Source: Escherichia coli
GTDB taxonomy: Bacteria > Pseudomonadota > Gammaproteobacteria > Enterobacterales > Enterobacteriaceae
NCBI RefSeq assembly: GCF_045037415.1
Contig: NZ_CP173438.1
DNA length: 64,000 nucleotides
Direction: 5' to 3' (one strand)
Shown here: piece by piece, positions 23,555-36,914 of the stretch
Position numbering within the stretch: the first letter of the stretch is position 1
Layout: each line of letters begins with the position of its first letter
Position numbers and translations under genes: made by a program
The notes under the pieces: generated by a model
What the model was told of the DNA's origin: nothing
The model's input: the letters and a program-made list of their open reading frames with translations, nothing else
The model's database searches: none

Positions 23555-24724
23555 TTACAGGCCATCAAGACCGCGAATTGGTTTAATGGTTGACCAGGCC
23601 CGACAAGACGGACAATGCCAGTAGAGGGTGTATGCGGTAAAACCACATTTCTGGCAGCGATAACGAGGCTTACTACGTACCTTCTCGCCAACCATGTCAC
23701 GCAGCACCATCAGACTCTCTTTGGCACGCCCTTCTTCTGCTTCATTTAAGTGGTAATCCATTAATTTATGGAACACACGCATGGTCGGATGACGCTGAAG
23801 CTGGCGCGTAATATAGACCTGTGCAGCCTCACTACCGTCGCGCGCTTCGATGATATCCGCAAGCATCAATTCAGCATCGGCACCGGTGTTCTCTTCCACC
23901 GCGCGCTGCAGGAATTCTGCCCATTCGGCAGTTTTACCCAACAGCTGATAGCATGTTTGCAGCATTTCCAGCGTTTCGCTGACCAGTTCTCTGTCCTGGG
24001 ATATGACACGTTGCAAACTTTCGACGGCTTTGGCGTATTCTGCTTTCGCCATAAACACGCGTCCCATCATGATGGATACGCGGGCGCTGTTTTTATCTGC
24101 CGCCGCACCTTTTTTTAGCAAAGTCATGGCACGATCGAGATCGTCGCTGGCCATATGCTGCAGAGCTAACTCACAGTAGAAATGGGCAATTTCGACGCGC
24201 TGTTTATCTTTACCCAGCTTCACCAGGCGTTCGGCAACATCAATTGCTTTCTGCCACTCGCTGGTAGCCTGGTAAATTTGTAGCAGTTGTTGCAGCGCGC
24301 CGATGCGGAAGTCAGTTTCATCTGTCAGCTGATTGAACATGTCTTCCGCGCGGTCGTATAACCCGGCAGCCATGTAATCACGCCCCAGTTGTTGAATCGC
24401 CAAAAGCCGCTGTTCATAGGTCAGCGAGGCGCTTTCCATTAGGGTCTGATGGATGCGAATAGCGCGATCAACTTCGCCACGCGAACGGAACAGGTTTCCG
24501 AGCGTAAGGTGGGCTTCAACGGTACCTGTATCCTCTTTAAGCATATCGAGAAACAGGTCTACCGCTTTATCCTGTTGATTACTAAGCAGGAAGTTAACCC
24601 CCGCTACGTAATCACGCGACAAGCGGTTGGCTTCATCTTGCTTGTTTTGTTGCGCACTTCTGCGGCCCATATACCAGCCATAGGCAGCGGCTACAGGCAA
24701 AAGCAGAAACAACAACTCCAGCAT
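23555..24724 (-). CDS. lapB: LPS assembly regulator LapB (YciM), TPR and rubredoxin-like protein
   Basis: 389 aa with TPR repeats and a C-terminal CxxC..CxxC metal-binding motif. Confidence 0.9.
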   Translation of the reverse strand: MLELLFLLLPVAAAYGWYMGRRSAQQNKQDEANRLSRDYVAGVNFLLSNQQDKAVDLFLDMLKEDTGTVEAHLTLGNLFRSRGEVDRAIRIHQTLMESASLTYEQRLLAIQQLGRDYMAAGLYDRAEDMFNQLTDETDFRIGALQQLLQIYQATSEWQKAIDVAERLVKLGKDKQRVEIAHFYCELALQHMASDDLDRAMTLLKKGAAADKNSARVSIMMGRVFMAKAEYAKAVESLQRVISQDRELVSETLEMLQTCYQLLGKTAEWAEFLQRAVEENTGADAELMLADIIEARDGSEAAQVYITRQLQRHPTMRVFHKLMDYHLNEAEEGRAKESLMVLRDMVGEKVRSKPRYRCQKCGFTAYTLYWHCPSCRAWSTIKPIRGLDGL

Positions 24725-24730
24725 AGAAAG

Positions 24731-25039
24731 TTATTCCTTCGCCGCAGACGAGTGCGGCGCTACAGCCACGTCAGTCGCGGGTGAAAGCTGGTTTTCCAGT
24801 CGCTTTATTTTACGTTCAGCGCGCGCCAGGGAAACACGAACTCGCAGCCAGAACAGGCCGCAAATCAACCAACCGATAGCAAACCCCGCAGCAAACAATA
24901 CCGCCAGCAATGTGGAAATACGGTACTCCCCTTGCGCTAACAGATAATTAAACGTCACCTGTTGATCGTTCTGCGCACCCAACGTGACCGAAATCACGAA
25001 GATCGCTAACACCAGTAAGAAAATGAGTAAATATTTCAC
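24731..25039 (-). CDS. lapA: LPS assembly protein LapA (YciS)
   Basis: 102-aa membrane protein directly upstream of lapB. Confidence 0.85.
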   Translation of the reverse strand: MKYLLIFLLVLAIFVISVTLGAQNDQQVTFNYLLAQGEYRISTLLAVLFAAGFAIGWLICGLFWLRVRVSLARAERKIKRLENQLSPATDVAVAPHSSAAKE

Positions 25040-25187
25040 ATTACTTCCCGTTATGTGGTTAGAGCGAATAAATTATGGTCAACTTACCGCAATAGCCCTT
25101 TAAAGTACCATTTTCGCGCCGTCTGCGAAATGGCATCCACGCGCATTGTTGATGATTTAAGGGCTAAATTCGGAAAATCAACCAGCG

Positions 25188-25952
25188 TTAACTTTCTTGT
25201 TCTCGTTGCGCTATTTCGCGATTTTCTTCCGCAGGTGGTGTTAATGGCCCACAAATTCGTTGCGCAAGCCACGTTGCCACCGCCACCAGCGCCCACGAAA
25301 TCAACGTAGCTACAACCAGATCGCGTGGCCAATGCATCCCGAGCAGCAGGCGGCTTCCCATGACTCCCGTTGCCCAGACCAACAAGATAGCAATGGTTAA
25401 CGTTCGCCGACGCGGCCACAGCAAACCAACGGCCAGCAGTGCCCAACTGGCAGCAAACATCGTGTGACCGGAAGGAAAGGCAAACCCCGTCTCTTTCTGC
25501 CAGTGTGAACGCAAATATTGTGGGATATTTTTCTCTTCAGCCAACTGTTCTTTCACCAGATTTCCGCGTTCTGCTCGCTTTAAAGTGTAGAACTCATCAA
25601 CCGGAATATGATGTGTTTTTTCCAGCCAGATAACAAAAGGTCGTGGTTCCTGGACTTTGTCTTTGATCCAGGATTTAACGCCTTGTCCCATAAGGATTGC
25701 TGCCGCCAGAATGGCAAATAACATAATGGCAGCCTTAATGCGAAAACGCAGACACCAGAGAAACCAGCCGAATAAAATCAAATGTGTAATGACGCCCCAG
25801 GGCTGGGTGACAGTTTCAGTAACCCAAAAAGCCGCTTTTAGTAACCAACTTTGTTCTCCAGGTTGCCAACGCCAGCCAGAAATCCATACGGCTACTGGCA
25901 TGACAAGCAATAGTGCAGCTCCCACTGCGGTACGTCTGGCAATCGAACGCAT
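25188..25952 (-). CDS. pgpB: Phosphatidylglycerophosphatase B
   Basis: 254-aa integral membrane PAP2 protein (PSGH motif). Confidence 0.85.
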   Translation of the reverse strand: MRSIARRTAVGAALLLVMPVAVWISGWRWQPGEQSWLLKAAFWVTETVTQPWGVITHLILFGWFLWCLRFRIKAAIMLFAILAAAILMGQGVKSWIKDKVQEPRPFVIWLEKTHHIPVDEFYTLKRAERGNLVKEQLAEEKNIPQYLRSHWQKETGFAFPSGHTMFAASWALLAVGLLWPRRRTLTIAILLVWATGVMGSRLLLGMHWPRDLVVATLISWALVAVATWLAQRICGPLTPPAEENREIAQREQES

Positions 25953-26121
25953 GGCCTCTCCTTTTTGATAAGTCCCACAATCATAACTGAAAATGCCAGT
26001 TCCAGGAAAAATTGACAGATTTGTGCCATTCCGTGAACGATCGACGCGTCGTGATTAGGTGAACCCCTTCTCGTTATGGCAAAATAAGCCAATACAGAAC
26101 CAGCATTATCTGGAGAATTTC

Positions 26122-26712
26122 ATGCAGCTTAAACGTGTGGCAGAAGCCAAACTGCCAACCCCATGGGGCGATTTCCTGATGGTGGGATTTGAAGAACTGG
26201 CAACCGGACACGATCATGTCGCGCTAGTCTATGGCGATATTTCCGGGCATACCCCGGTACTTGCGCGCGTCCATTCCGAATGTCTGACCGGTGACGCCCT
26301 GTTCAGCTTGCGCTGCGATTGTGGCTTCCAGCTCGAAGCGGCATTGACGCAAATTGCCGAGGAAGGCCGTGGTATTTTGCTGTATCACCGTCAGGAAGGT
26401 CGTAACATTGGTCTGCTGAATAAAATCCGCGCTTACGCACTGCAGGATCAAGGTTACGATACTGTAGAGGCTAACCACCAGTTAGGCTTCGCCGCTGATG
26501 AGCGCGACTTCACTCTTTGCGCTGATATGTTCAAACTCCTTGGCGTCAATGAAGTCCGCTTGTTAACCAATAACCCGAAAAAAGTCGAAATTCTGACCGA
26601 AGCAGGGATTAATATTATTGAACGCGTACCGTTGATTGTAGGTCGCAACCCCAATAACGAACATTATCTCGATACCAAAGCCGAGAAAATGGGTCATTTG
26701 CTGAACAAATAA
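26122..26712 (+). CDS. ribA: GTP cyclohydrolase II RibA
   Basis: Start placed at [11 protein letters not shown] (196 aa); CxxC..C zinc motif; the ORF track starts at 26059. Confidence 0.9.
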   Translation: MQLKRVAEAKLPTPWGDFLMVGFEELATGHDHVALVYGDISGHTPVLARVHSECLTGDALFSLRCDCGFQLEAALTQIAEEGRGILLYHRQEGRNIGLLNKIRAYALQDQGYDTVEANHQLGFAADERDFTLCADMFKLLGVNEVRLLTNNPKKVEILTEAGINIIERVPLIVGRNPNNEHYLDTKAEKMGHLLNK

Positions 26713-26734
26713 CCCTCTTGCATTGTGTAATTAA

Positions 26735-26769
26735 TTTGCTTGCCGGAAGCAAAATAACCGGCAAGCAAA
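26735..26769. terminator. Bidirectional terminator between convergent ribA and acnA
   Basis: Inverted repeat tttgcttgccgg ... ccggcaagcaaa. Confidence 0.6.
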
Positions 26770-26775
26770 TACTCG

Positions 26776-29451
26776 TTACTTCAACATATTACGAATGACA
26801 TAATGCAAAATGCCGTCGTTCTGGTAGTAGGTCAACTCCGTCGCGGTGTCGATACGACAATGGCAGGGTACGACTTCCTGGCTACCATCCGCGCGCGTAA
26901 GCGTCACCGGAACCGTCGCGCCGGGTTGTAGATTTTGCAGATCACCAATATCAATCTTCTCTTCCCCGGTAAGCTCTAACGTTTTACGCGTCACACCTTG
27001 TGGAAATTCCAGCGGCAGGATGCCCATGCCTATTAAATTCGAACGGTGAATTCGTTCAAACGATTCGGCAATCACAACACGAATACCAAGCAGACGCGGA
27101 CCTTTTGCCGCCCAGTCACGGCTGGAGCCTGATCCATACTCTTTCCCGGCAATCACCGCCAGCGGCGTTTGCTCCTGCTTATAGCGCATTGCGGCATCAT
27201 AAATAGAGACGACATCGCTGTCAGGTAAATGGCGCGTCATCCCCCCTTCAACGCCAGGCACCATTTCATTACGGATGCGAATATTGGCGAAGGTGCCGCG
27301 CATCATCACTTCATGGTTACCACGCCGCGAACCATAGGAGTTAAAGTCTTTCCGCTCAACACCCCGACCTTGTAGATATCGACCCGCCGGGCTGTCGGGC
27401 TTAATACTGCCCGCCGGAGAGATATGGTCAGTGGTGACTGAATCCCCCAGCATTGCGAGGATCCGCGCACCGTGAATATCTTCCACAGGTGCTGGTGTTG
27501 CCTGCATTTCATCAAAGAAAGGCGATAAGCGAATATAGGTTGAATCCTCCTGCCAACCGTAGGTATCGGATCGTGTGACGTTAATTTCCTTCCACTCGGC
27601 TGTGCCTTCAAAAACTTCTGCGTACTCTTTGCGGAACATTTCTGTGGAGACTTGGTCTACCGCACGGGCAATTTCTTGTGCCGATGGCCAGATATCTTTC
27701 AGAAATACCGGCTCGCCTTTGCGATCATGGCCGATAGGCTCAGAAGCCAGATTGATATTCATATTTCCCGCCAGCGCATAGGCAACCACCAGCGGCGGCG
27801 AGGCCAGCCAGTTGGTTTTAACCAGCGGATGGATACGGCCTTCAAAGTTACGGTTGCCGGACAGCACTGCACCGACGGTTAAATCGCCTTTTTTGATTGC
27901 CGTTTCGATAGGATCGGGCAACGGTCCCGAGTTACCAATACAGGTGGTACAACCGTATCCCACAAGGTTAAATCCCAGTTCATCGAGATACGGTGTCAGT
28001 TTCGCTTTTGCCAGATAATCAGAAACGACTTTCGAACCCGGTGCCAGCGACGCTTTGACCCATGGTTGCCGCTTGAGGCCCAGAGTTACGGCTTTTTTCG
28101 CCAGCAAGCCTGCGGCCATCAGCACACTTGGGTTAGAGGTGTTGGTGCACGACGTTATCGCAGCAATGACCACAGCGCCATCAGGTAACTGATACTGATG
28201 TCCGTTCATAACATAATCGACCGGCAGGCGATCTTTATGCGTGGCATTCACTTCCAGTTCGCTACTGGCAGCAAATGCTTTTGGTACATCGGGCAGTGCA
28301 ACGCGATCCTGCGGGCGTTTTGGCCCTGCCAGGCTCGCTTCAACGTCATTCATATCCAGTTCTAACACACTGGTAAAAATTGGTTCATCGCCCGGATTAC
28401 GCCACATGCCCTGCGCTTTGGCATATTTTTCGACCAACTCGACCTGATCTTCACTGCGCCCGCTTAAACGCATGTAATCGAGGGTGACAGCATCGATTGG
28501 GAAGAAGCCACAGGTGGCACCATATTCTGGCGACATATTGGCAATGGTGGCGCGATCCGCCAGCGGTAGTGAATCCAGCCCATCACCATAAAATTCGACG
28601 AATTTCCCCACCACGCCATGTTTGCGCAACATTTGGGTAACAGTGAGAACCAGGTCTGTGGCGGTAATACCTTCACGTAATTTTCCGGTAAGTTTAAAGC
28701 CCACTACGTCCGGGATAAGCATGGAAACCGGCTGGCCTAACATTGCGGCTTCTGCTTCGATGCCACCAACGCCCCACCCCAGCACGCCAAGGCCGTTGAT
28801 CATGGTGGTGTGCGAGTCAGTACCAACGAGTGTATCCGGATAAGCAATCCATTCACCGTCCTGCAATTCGCTCCACACTGCTTTGCCGAGATATTCGAGG
28901 TTAACCTGATGGCAAATGCCTGTGCCTGGCGGCACGACGCTAAACCGACTGAACGCCTGCTTTCCCCATTTCAGGAACACATAACGTTCGTGGTTGCGCT
29001 CCATTTCCAGGCGTACGTTTTCTTCAAATGCCTCATCATCACCAAAACGATCGACGGTCACCGAGTGGTCAATGACCAGGTCGACCGGTGAGAGCGGATT
29101 AACCTTTGCAGTATCGCCGCCGAGGCGTTTAACCGCTTCGCGCATTGCCGCCAGATCAACAACGGCAGGTACGCCGGTAAAGTCCTGCATCAGCACTCTT
29201 GCCGGGCGGTAGGCAATTTCACGGTCAGCATGGGCATTTTTCAGCCATCCCGCCAGCGCGTGGATATCCTCTTCGGTAACCGATTTACCATCCCGCCAGC
29301 GCAGCAGGTTTTCGAGCAAAACTTTGAATGACTTGGGTAGACGGGTGATATCGCCCAGTGATTTGGCAGCAAGCGGCAAGCTGTAGTAGTGGTAAGTTTT
29401 ATCTTTGGCCTGCAACGTGTCCTTACTGGCTTCTCGTAGGGTTGACGACAT
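26776..29451 (-). CDS. acnA: Aconitate hydratase A
   Basis: 891 aa with aconitase family signatures. Confidence 0.95.
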   Translation of the reverse strand: MSSTLREASKDTLQAKDKTYHYYSLPLAAKSLGDITRLPKSFKVLLENLLRWRDGKSVTEEDIHALAGWLKNAHADREIAYRPARVLMQDFTGVPAVVDLAAMREAVKRLGGDTAKVNPLSPVDLVIDHSVTVDRFGDDEAFEENVRLEMERNHERYVFLKWGKQAFSRFSVVPPGTGICHQVNLEYLGKAVWSELQDGEWIAYPDTLVGTDSHTTMINGLGVLGWGVGGIEAEAAMLGQPVSMLIPDVVGFKLTGKLREGITATDLVLTVTQMLRKHGVVGKFVEFYGDGLDSLPLADRATIANMSPEYGATCGFFPIDAVTLDYMRLSGRSEDQVELVEKYAKAQGMWRNPGDEPIFTSVLELDMNDVEASLAGPKRPQDRVALPDVPKAFAASSELEVNATHKDRLPVDYVMNGHQYQLPDGAVVIAAITSCTNTSNPSVLMAAGLLAKKAVTLGLKRQPWVKASLAPGSKVVSDYLAKAKLTPYLDELGFNLVGYGCTTCIGNSGPLPDPIETAIKKGDLTVGAVLSGNRNFEGRIHPLVKTNWLASPPLVVAYALAGNMNINLASEPIGHDRKGEPVFLKDIWPSAQEIARAVDQVSTEMFRKEYAEVFEGTAEWKEINVTRSDTYGWQEDSTYIRLSPFFDEMQATPAPVEDIHGARILAMLGDSVTTDHISPAGSIKPDSPAGRYLQGRGVERKDFNSYGSRRGNHEVMMRGTFANIRIRNEMVPGVEGGMTRHLPDSDVVSIYDAAMRYKQEQTPLAVIAGKEYGSGSSRDWAAKGPRLLGIRVVIAESFERIHRSNLIGMGILPLEFPQGVTRKTLELTGEEKIDIGDLQNLQPGATVPVTLTRADGSQEVVPCHCRIDTATELTYYQNDGILHYVIRNMLK

Positions 29452-29809
29452 AGCTCCTCCTTAATGACAGGGTTGCGAAGCCCTGATTCTCTTCAGGGTG
29501 AATATTAAAGATAACACAAACATCGCGTAACGATTTGATAACAACCCAAATTGATAAAAGAGGAGAAACCTTGAGGCAAAGCAAACAGCGGGATCAGGGA
29601 TCAGTGAGTAATGATCCAGAGGAGTTCGGCCCAGAAGAGCATCGACAGAGAAAATGCGCCCATCCAGGACCAATATTTCATATTTGTGTTGATCATAGGC
29701 TACACCCTTAACGGTTATTACTTTGTGTTGAGATAACTCAACCTGTTATTGCTGCGGTGTATTAAAAGCCCTGTAATTCATTAAAAATGGGTAATAAGAA
29801 TGATGATAA

Positions 29810-29977
29810 TTATTGTTTCGGCTGATCATCTTCAGCAAACAGTTCTATAAAGGCTTGTTGCTGCGATGTTAGTTGCCAGTCGTCTGGAATAACGACGGAA
29901 CATTCCCGTTTTGCTTCTGGTTCATTGTCACTATGCTGACATAATGGTGACGACTCCAGTTGCTCCTGACCGACCAT
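29810..29977 (-). CDS. yciX: Small protein YciX-like (55 aa from MVGQEQ)
   Basis: Start overlaps the stop of the upstream peptide gene (ataaccATGg); the ORF track gives 29810..29998. Confidence 0.45.
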   Translation of the reverse strand: MVGQEQLESSPLCQHSDNEPEAKRECSVVIPDDWQLTSQQQAFIELFAEDDQPKQ

Positions 29978-29979
29978 GG

Positions 29980-30108
29980 TTATCCCCACAATTTCCAAAT
30001 AAGCAGTGCGACAACCACCCAGAAAAGTGCAGAACCAAGAAAAACCGCCAGCCAGGCTTTACGTTTTAATTCAGGATTGCGGCGGGGTTCCTGATTTCCA
30101 GAAGGCAT
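29980..30108 (-). CDS. Small membrane peptide (42 aa, MPSGNQEPRRNPELKRKAWLAVFLGSALFWVVVALLIWKLWG), YmiA-like
   Basis: GAGG Shine-Dalgarno 6 nt upstream of the ATG, single hydrophobic helix, stop/start coupling with the yciX-like ORF; an alternative start at 30120 gives 46 aa. Confidence 0.4.
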   Translation of the reverse strand: MPSGNQEPRRNPELKRKAWLAVFLGSALFWVVVALLIWKLWG

Positions 30109-30438
30109 TGCTAACCTCATATAATCGCCATCACTTATCAGCAAGACGTTGAACGATTGGTGTAATTAATCATACGATGAGACAAATCCTAAAGAAACTT
30201 TAGTCAAAAATCCAGCGAATTTACGAATCGTCTCCAGTGAATAATTCAATCTTTTGACCTGAAATAGATATTTGAAAACTGGAGTTTGCGAGGTGTGTAA
30301 TTAGACACTACTTTACAGGTAATTTACCCTATAAATATGAGGGATAAAAATATTGTGCACCGGATACAAATAAGTAACAAAGGAGAATATATTCCGGCAC
30401 CTTCGCTACATAAAAGGTGCCGAAAATAACGCAAGAAA

Positions 30439-31437
<999 letters not shown>

Positions 31438-31567
31438 TCAGAACATCGTTTTTTCGCCACACCAGGCGGGTGACTAATACGATTTAATAATAAAAAAGGT
31501 GCTAACTATAACCACTATATCATTTATAGCCTTAGTGTATAGGTGTGAAGAAAAAATAATATGCAAT

Positions 31568-31593
31568 AAAAAAGGGCCGCTTTCGCGACCCTT
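31568..31593 (-). terminator. Rho-independent terminator downstream of topA
   Basis: Hairpin gggtcgc-gaaa-gcggccc followed by TTTTTTATT on the minus strand. Confidence 0.55.
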
Positions 31594-31622
31594 TGTTTAT
31601 AAAAACCAGACGGAATTAAAGG

Positions 31623-34220
31623 TTATTTTTTCCCTTCAACCCATTTGCCATCAACATAAAATGCTGACCAACCAGTCGCCTTTCCGTCTTTTTCCGAAGA
31701 GACATATTGCTGTTTGGTTTTACGGCTAAAGCGAACCATGGTCTTATTACCTTCCGGATCCTGCTGTGGCGCATCGGCCAGATAACGCAGTTTTTCCGGC
31801 AGACGGTCGCGGAAGCGATAAAGCTCCTCCACCAGAGGCGCACGCGTTTCACGCGATTTCGGGAAGGTATTGGCCGCCAGGAACACACCGGCAGCACCGT
31901 CACGCAACACGAAATAGGCATCTGATTTTTCGCACGGCAGCTCCGGTAATGGCACCGGATCTTCTTTCGGTGGTGCCACTTCGCCGTTACGTAAAATCTT
32001 ACGTGTGTTTTTACACTCTTCGTTGGTGCAGGCCATGTATTTACCGAAACGCCCCATTTTCAGGTGCATTTCAGAGCCACATTTTTCACACTCAACGATC
32101 GGGCCGTCATAACCTTTAATGCGGAATTCACCCTCTTCGATCTCGTAACCGTCGCAGGTTGGGTTATTACCACAGACATGCAACTTACGTTTCGGATCGA
32201 TGAGATAGCTGTCCATCGCCGTGCCACATTTCGGGCAACGACGTTTTGCGCGCAACGCATTGGTTTCAGCGTCTTCACCTTCCAGCACGTTCAGCACTTC
32301 GTTTTCCGGCACCAGGTTAATGGTGGTTTTGCAACGCTCTTTCGGCGGCAGCGCATAGCCAGAACAGCCAAGGAATACCCCGGTGCTCGCTGTGCGAATC
32401 CCCATTTTGCGACCACAAGTCGGGCAGTCAATGCTGGTCAGAACCATCTGGTTCGGGCGCATACCACCCTCTTCCGGATCTTTTTCAGCTTTATCTAACT
32501 GCTGGGTGAAATCCGAGAAGAAGTGATCCAGTACAGCTTTCCACTCTGCTTCGTGATTTGCCACCTGGTCGAGGCTGTTTTCCATCTGCGCGGTGAAGTC
32601 GTAGTTCATTAACTCGCGGAAATTCTCTTCCAGGCGATCGGTGACGATTTCGCCCATTTTTTCCGCATAGAAACGACGATTTTCTACTCGCACATAGCCA
32701 CGATCCTGAATGGTCGAAATGATCGACGCATAGGTAGAAGGACGACCGATACCGCGTTTTTCCAGCTCTTTGACCAGCGATGCTTCACTGAAACGGGCTG
32801 GAGGCTTGGTAAAGTGCTGGGCTGGTGTCAGTTCAACGAGCGTCAGAGCATCGCCTTTATCGACTGCCGGTAAGATACGATCTTCATCGCCTTTACGCAG
32901 TGCAGGCATCACTTTCGTCCAGCCATCAAAGCGCAAAATACGACCGCGTGCTTTCAGGCGGAAATCGCCCGCACCAACGGTCAGCGTCGTGGAGTCATAT
33001 TTCGCTGGGGTCATCTGGCAGGCTACGAACTGACGCCAGATTAACTGGTACAGTTTCTGCGCATCTGCTTCCATATCCTTCAACGATTCCGCCATCACAT
33101 TGACGTCAGAAGGACGAATCGCTTCGTGCGCTTCCTGTGAGTTTTCTTTGCTGGCGTACTGATTCGGACTTTCCGGCAGATATTTCTTACCAAAATTATC
33201 GCTGATATAACCGCGAACCATATTTACCGCGTCCTGACTCAGGTTGGTGGAGTCGGTACGCATGTAAGTGATATAGCCTGCTTCATACAAACGCTGCGCC
33301 ATCATCATGGTTTTTTTCACGCCAAAACCAAGACGGGTGCTGGCAGCTTGTTGCAGCGTAGAGGTAATAAAAGGAGCGCCAGGTTTACTGGTTGTCGGTT
33401 TGTCTTCACGTTCCAGCACGCTGTAGCGCGCTTTTTCCAGCAGACTTACCGCAGCCTGAGTTTGTTCTTTGTTGACCGGACGGAACGGTTTGTCGTTCTG
33501 ATGAGTCACCTGCAACGCCAACGCTTCACCAGATGGCGTGGTCGTGCTGGCATCGACTTCCCAGAACTCTTCCGGTACGAACGCTTTAATTTCACGCTCA
33601 CGCTCGACCACCAGGCGGACCGCCACCGACTGCACACGACCGGCAGACAGACCACGAGCGATCTTTTTCCATAGAAGCGGCGAAACCATATACCCCACCA
33701 CGCGGTCCATAAAGCGACGCGCCTGCTGGGCATTAACACGATCAATATTCAGCTCACCCGGTTTGTTAAATGCCTGGCGGATCGCGTTTTTAGTAATTTC
33801 GTTAAACACCACTCGGCTATAGCGCGCATCATCACCACCAATCACTTCCCGCAGGTGCCATGCAATGGCTTCCCCTTCGCGGTCAAGGTCGGTTGCGAGA
33901 TAGATGTGGTCGGCTTTTTCAGCCAGTTGTTTCAGTTCAGAGACGACCTTCTCTTTACCAGGCAACACTTCATAGTGCGCCTCCCAATTGTGCCACGGGT
34001 CAACCCCCATACGGTTGACGAGAGCGCCACGTTCATCCTTTTTAGGCTTTTTAGCCGTCTTGGTGGAGGTAGAGTCGGCACTCTTTTTGGCAGTTGAGCC
34101 ACTGGTCGGCAAATCGCGGATGTGACCGACGCTGGATTTCACCACGTAGTCACTACCCAGATACTTGTTGATCGTTTTGGCTTTTGCCGGGGACTCAACG
34201 ATGACAAGAGCTTTACCCAT
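31623..34220 (-). CDS. topA: DNA topoisomerase I
   Basis: Start placed at [22 protein letters not shown] (865 aa); C-terminal zinc ribbons; the ORF track extends to 34262. Confidence 0.95.
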   Translation of the reverse strand: MGKALVIVESPAKAKTINKYLGSDYVVKSSVGHIRDLPTSGSTAKKSADSTSTKTAKKPKKDERGALVNRMGVDPWHNWEAHYEVLPGKEKVVSELKQLAEKADHIYLATDLDREGEAIAWHLREVIGGDDARYSRVVFNEITKNAIRQAFNKPGELNIDRVNAQQARRFMDRVVGYMVSPLLWKKIARGLSAGRVQSVAVRLVVEREREIKAFVPEEFWEVDASTTTPSGEALALQVTHQNDKPFRPVNKEQTQAAVSLLEKARYSVLEREDKPTTSKPGAPFITSTLQQAASTRLGFGVKKTMMMAQRLYEAGYITYMRTDSTNLSQDAVNMVRGYISDNFGKKYLPESPNQYASKENSQEAHEAIRPSDVNVMAESLKDMEADAQKLYQLIWRQFVACQMTPAKYDSTTLTVGAGDFRLKARGRILRFDGWTKVMPALRKGDEDRILPAVDKGDALTLVELTPAQHFTKPPARFSEASLVKELEKRGIGRPSTYASIISTIQDRGYVRVENRRFYAEKMGEIVTDRLEENFRELMNYDFTAQMENSLDQVANHEAEWKAVLDHFFSDFTQQLDKAEKDPEEGGMRPNQMVLTSIDCPTCGRKMGIRTASTGVFLGCSGYALPPKERCKTTINLVPENEVLNVLEGEDAETNALRAKRRCPKCGTAMDSYLIDPKRKLHVCGNNPTCDGYEIEEGEFRIKGYDGPIVECEKCGSEMHLKMGRFGKYMACTNEECKNTRKILRNGEVAPPKEDPVPLPELPCEKSDAYFVLRDGAAGVFLAANTFPKSRETRAPLVEELYRFRDRLPEKLRYLADAPQQDPEGNKTMVRFSRKTKQQYVSSEKDGKATGWSAFYVDGKWVEGKK

Positions 34221-34599
34221 ATTCACCTTACCTAATTTGATTCTTCCAGGAATGCGTCGCACGTTGATAAACCTTCCACTGGCAACGAGTTACCGATATG
34301 GACTCGCTCTCTGCGGATATCAACCCCTTGTCGTGACTCTGCTCACGAAAATTCAGGTGACTGAGTTAACAGGTCTTGGCCTACAGGCGCTATAGCACGA
34401 CGGAATTTTGGTCGAATGTCAAGCAAATCTATTGCCAGATTGACGAAAGCGTCACACTGTACCTGATAAAATCCGATACGCAACTTTATTAGCATGCAAA
34501 ATCCAAAGTTGCCAGTAAGGCGCTCTTGCCACCAGCGTGGTATATTTGTCTGCAAGCCATGCCTGGCGTAGACTAATGTCCTTGTTTAAGGAGTAAATA

Positions 34600-34851
34600 A
34601 TGAACAAAGAGACTCAACCCATCGACCGCGAAACGCTGTTGAAAGAGGCCAACAAAATCATTCGTGAGCATGAGGATACGCTCGCAGGGATTGAAGCCAC
34701 CGGCGTCACGCAGCGTAATGGCGTGCTGGTATTTACCGGCGACTACTTTTTAGATGAACAAGGATTACCAACTGCCAAAAGCACCGCGGTGTTTAATATG
34801 TTCAAACACCTGGCCCATGTGCTTTCAGAAAAATATCACCTGGTTGATTAA
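34600..34851 (+). CDS. yciN: Small protein YciN
   Basis: 83-aa ORF between topA and sohB. Confidence 0.8.
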
Positions 34852-34855
34852 AGCA

Positions 34856-34888
34856 AAACGCGAGGTCTTATCCTCGCGTTTGTCTTTT
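34856..34888. terminator. Bidirectional terminator between yciN and sohB
   Basis: Hairpin aaacgcgagg-tcttatc-ctcgcgttt followed by a T-tract. Confidence 0.6.
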
Positions 34889-35936
34889 ACATCAACGGCT
34901 TTTGCCCACGCTGCCACCAGCGTAACAACAATCGATCGGCGCTCTCTGCCGCGCTGCCGGTGAATCGGTCAATGAGTCGTTTACGCTGCATATAGCGTAC
35001 ATTGACCACTTCCCGGCCTTCCATCAGGCTAAGAATAACTTCATCACTGGTGTTGATTTCATCAACCAGGCCTTTCTCTACTGCCTGTTGTCCGTACCAG
35101 TGTTCACCCGTTGCCACCTGTTCAATATCCAGAGACGGACGCATACGCTTCACAAAATCTTTAAATAACTGATGCGTTTCGTTCAACTCTTCGCGGAATT
35201 TCTCCCGCCCTTCTTCGGTATTTTCACCCAGCAACGTCAGCGTGCGCTTATACTGCCCGGCGGTGTGCAGTTCGATATCAATATCTTTGCTTTTCAGGAA
35301 GCGGTTAAAGTTGGGCATTTGCGCCACCACCCCAATGGAACCCACAATAGCAAACGGTGCGGAAACAATTTTGTCCGCCACACAGGCCATCATGTAACCG
35401 CCGCTGGCAGCGACTTTGTCTACCGTAACAGTTAAAGGAATGTTTTTATCACGCAGACGCTGCAACTGCGAAGCCGCCAACCCGTAACCATGCACCATGC
35501 CACCTGGGCTTTCCAGACGGAGCACAACCTGATCCTGCGGTTTGAATGCTGCGAGTACCGCCGTTATCTCTTCACGTAGAGAGTTCACTTCATGGGCGTC
35601 CATGCTGCCTTTAAAATCCAGCACCCAGACGCGGGGTTTACTGTCAGTTACCACCTCGCCCAGTTTAGCTTTCGCTTTTGCGGCTTTCGCTTCTTGCTTG
35701 TGCTTTTTCTTCTGCGCTTTGTGCCACTGTTTTTGCTGATGAGTGTCCATCAGCGCCGCGGCCAGTTCTTCTTTCATCTCCTTATACTGTTCGCTGAGAT
35801 TGTTGACTCGTAACTCGCCACGCTGGCGTTTATTACGTTGAGCAACATTGACAATAATGGCGGCAATCGCCGCAATCGCTAGCACAACGGTAACGATTTT
35901 CGCCAAAAACAAACCATATTCAGACAACAATTCCAC
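34887..35936 (-). CDS. sohB: Inner membrane peptidase SohB (S49 family)
   Basis: 349 aa with an N-terminal transmembrane segment and a ClpP/SppA-like fold. Confidence 0.85.
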   Translation of the reverse strand: MELLSEYGLFLAKIVTVVLAIAAIAAIIVNVAQRNKRQRGELRVNNLSEQYKEMKEELAAALMDTHQQKQWHKAQKKKHKQEAKAAKAKAKLGEVVTDSKPRVWVLDFKGSMDAHEVNSLREEITAVLAAFKPQDQVVLRLESPGGMVHGYGLAASQLQRLRDKNIPLTVTVDKVAASGGYMMACVADKIVSAPFAIVGSIGVVAQMPNFNRFLKSKDIDIELHTAGQYKRTLTLLGENTEEGREKFREELNETHQLFKDFVKRMRPSLDIEQVATGEHWYGQQAVEKGLVDEINTSDEVILSLMEGREVVNVRYMQRKRLIDRFTGSAAESADRLLLRWWQRGQKPLM

Positions 35937-36155
35937 GAGTCCCCACCTTGGTTAAACAACGCTTTGGCTCACAGTTTACAACAGGCATGTTTAGCCGTCT
36001 CGCAGAGATGTTATTGCAGCGAAAGTATGACAAAGTATCCATTTTGCGGTGTTATCGCCCCAGGCTGATTGAAATGCCCTTCTGTTTCAGGCATAAAGCC
36101 CCAAAGTCATAAAGTACACTGGCAGCGCGACAGACAACGTCGTTGAGGAGTAGCC

Positions 36156-36914
36156 ATGCATTACCAGCCAAAACAAGATTTACTCAATGATCGCATTATT
36201 CTGGTGACGGGAGCCAGCGATGGAATTGGTCGTGAAGCAGCGATGACGTATGCACGCTATGGTGCGACAGTGATTCTTTTGGGCCGTAATGAAGAAAAAT
36301 TACGTCAGGTAGCCAGCCACATAAACGAAGAAACTGGACGTCAGCCACAGTGGTTTATTCTCGATTTGCTAACCTGCACGTCCGAAGATTGCCAACAACT
36401 GGCACAGCGCATTGCCGTTAATTATCCGCGTCTGGATGGTGTTTTGCATAATGCCGGATTGCTCGGCGATGTTTGCCCAATGAGCGAACAAGATCCGCAA
36501 GTCTGGCAGGACGTCATGCAGGTCAACGTTAATGCCACCTTTATGCTCACCCAGGCACTGCTTCCTTTATTACTCAAATCCGACGCCGGTTCACTGGTCT
36601 TTACCTCATCAAGCGTTGGACGTCAGGGGCGTGCAAACTGGGGCGCATATGCAGCGTCGAAATTTGCCACCGAAGGGATGATGCAGGTACTGGCCGATGA
36701 ATATCAGCAGCGCCTGCGTGTCAACTGCATTAACCCAGGCGGTACGCGCACCGCAATGCGGGCCAGTGCCTTCCCGACCGAAGATCCACAGAAACTTAAA
36801 ACCCCCGCTGATATCATGCCGCTCTACCTCTGGCTGATGGGCGATGACAGCCGCCGTAAAACCGGCATGACCTTTGACGCCCAACCGGGCCGTAAACCAG
36901 GAATTTCCCAATGA
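36156..36914 (+). CDS. yciK: Short-chain dehydrogenase/reductase YciK
   Basis: TGASDGIG Rossmann motif and YxxxK catalytic motif. Confidence 0.85.
   Translation: MHYQPKQDLLNDRIILVTGASDGIGREAAMTYARYGATVILLGRNEEKLRQVASHINEETGRQPQWFILDLLTCTSEDCQQLAQRIAVNYPRLDGVLHNAGLLGDVCPMSEQDPQVWQDVMQVNVNATFMLTQALLPLLLKSDAGSLVFTSSSVGRQGRANWGAYAASKFATEGMMQVLADEYQQRLRVNCINPGGTRTAMRASAFPTEDPQKLKTPADIMPLYLWLMGDDSRRKTGMTFDAQPGRKPGISQ

Noticed and set aside
29461-29673. 70-aa minus-strand ORF immediately upstream of acnA
   Set aside because: Reading frame runs through the acnA promoter region and is out of frame with the small hydrophobic peptide found there; no convincing start context.
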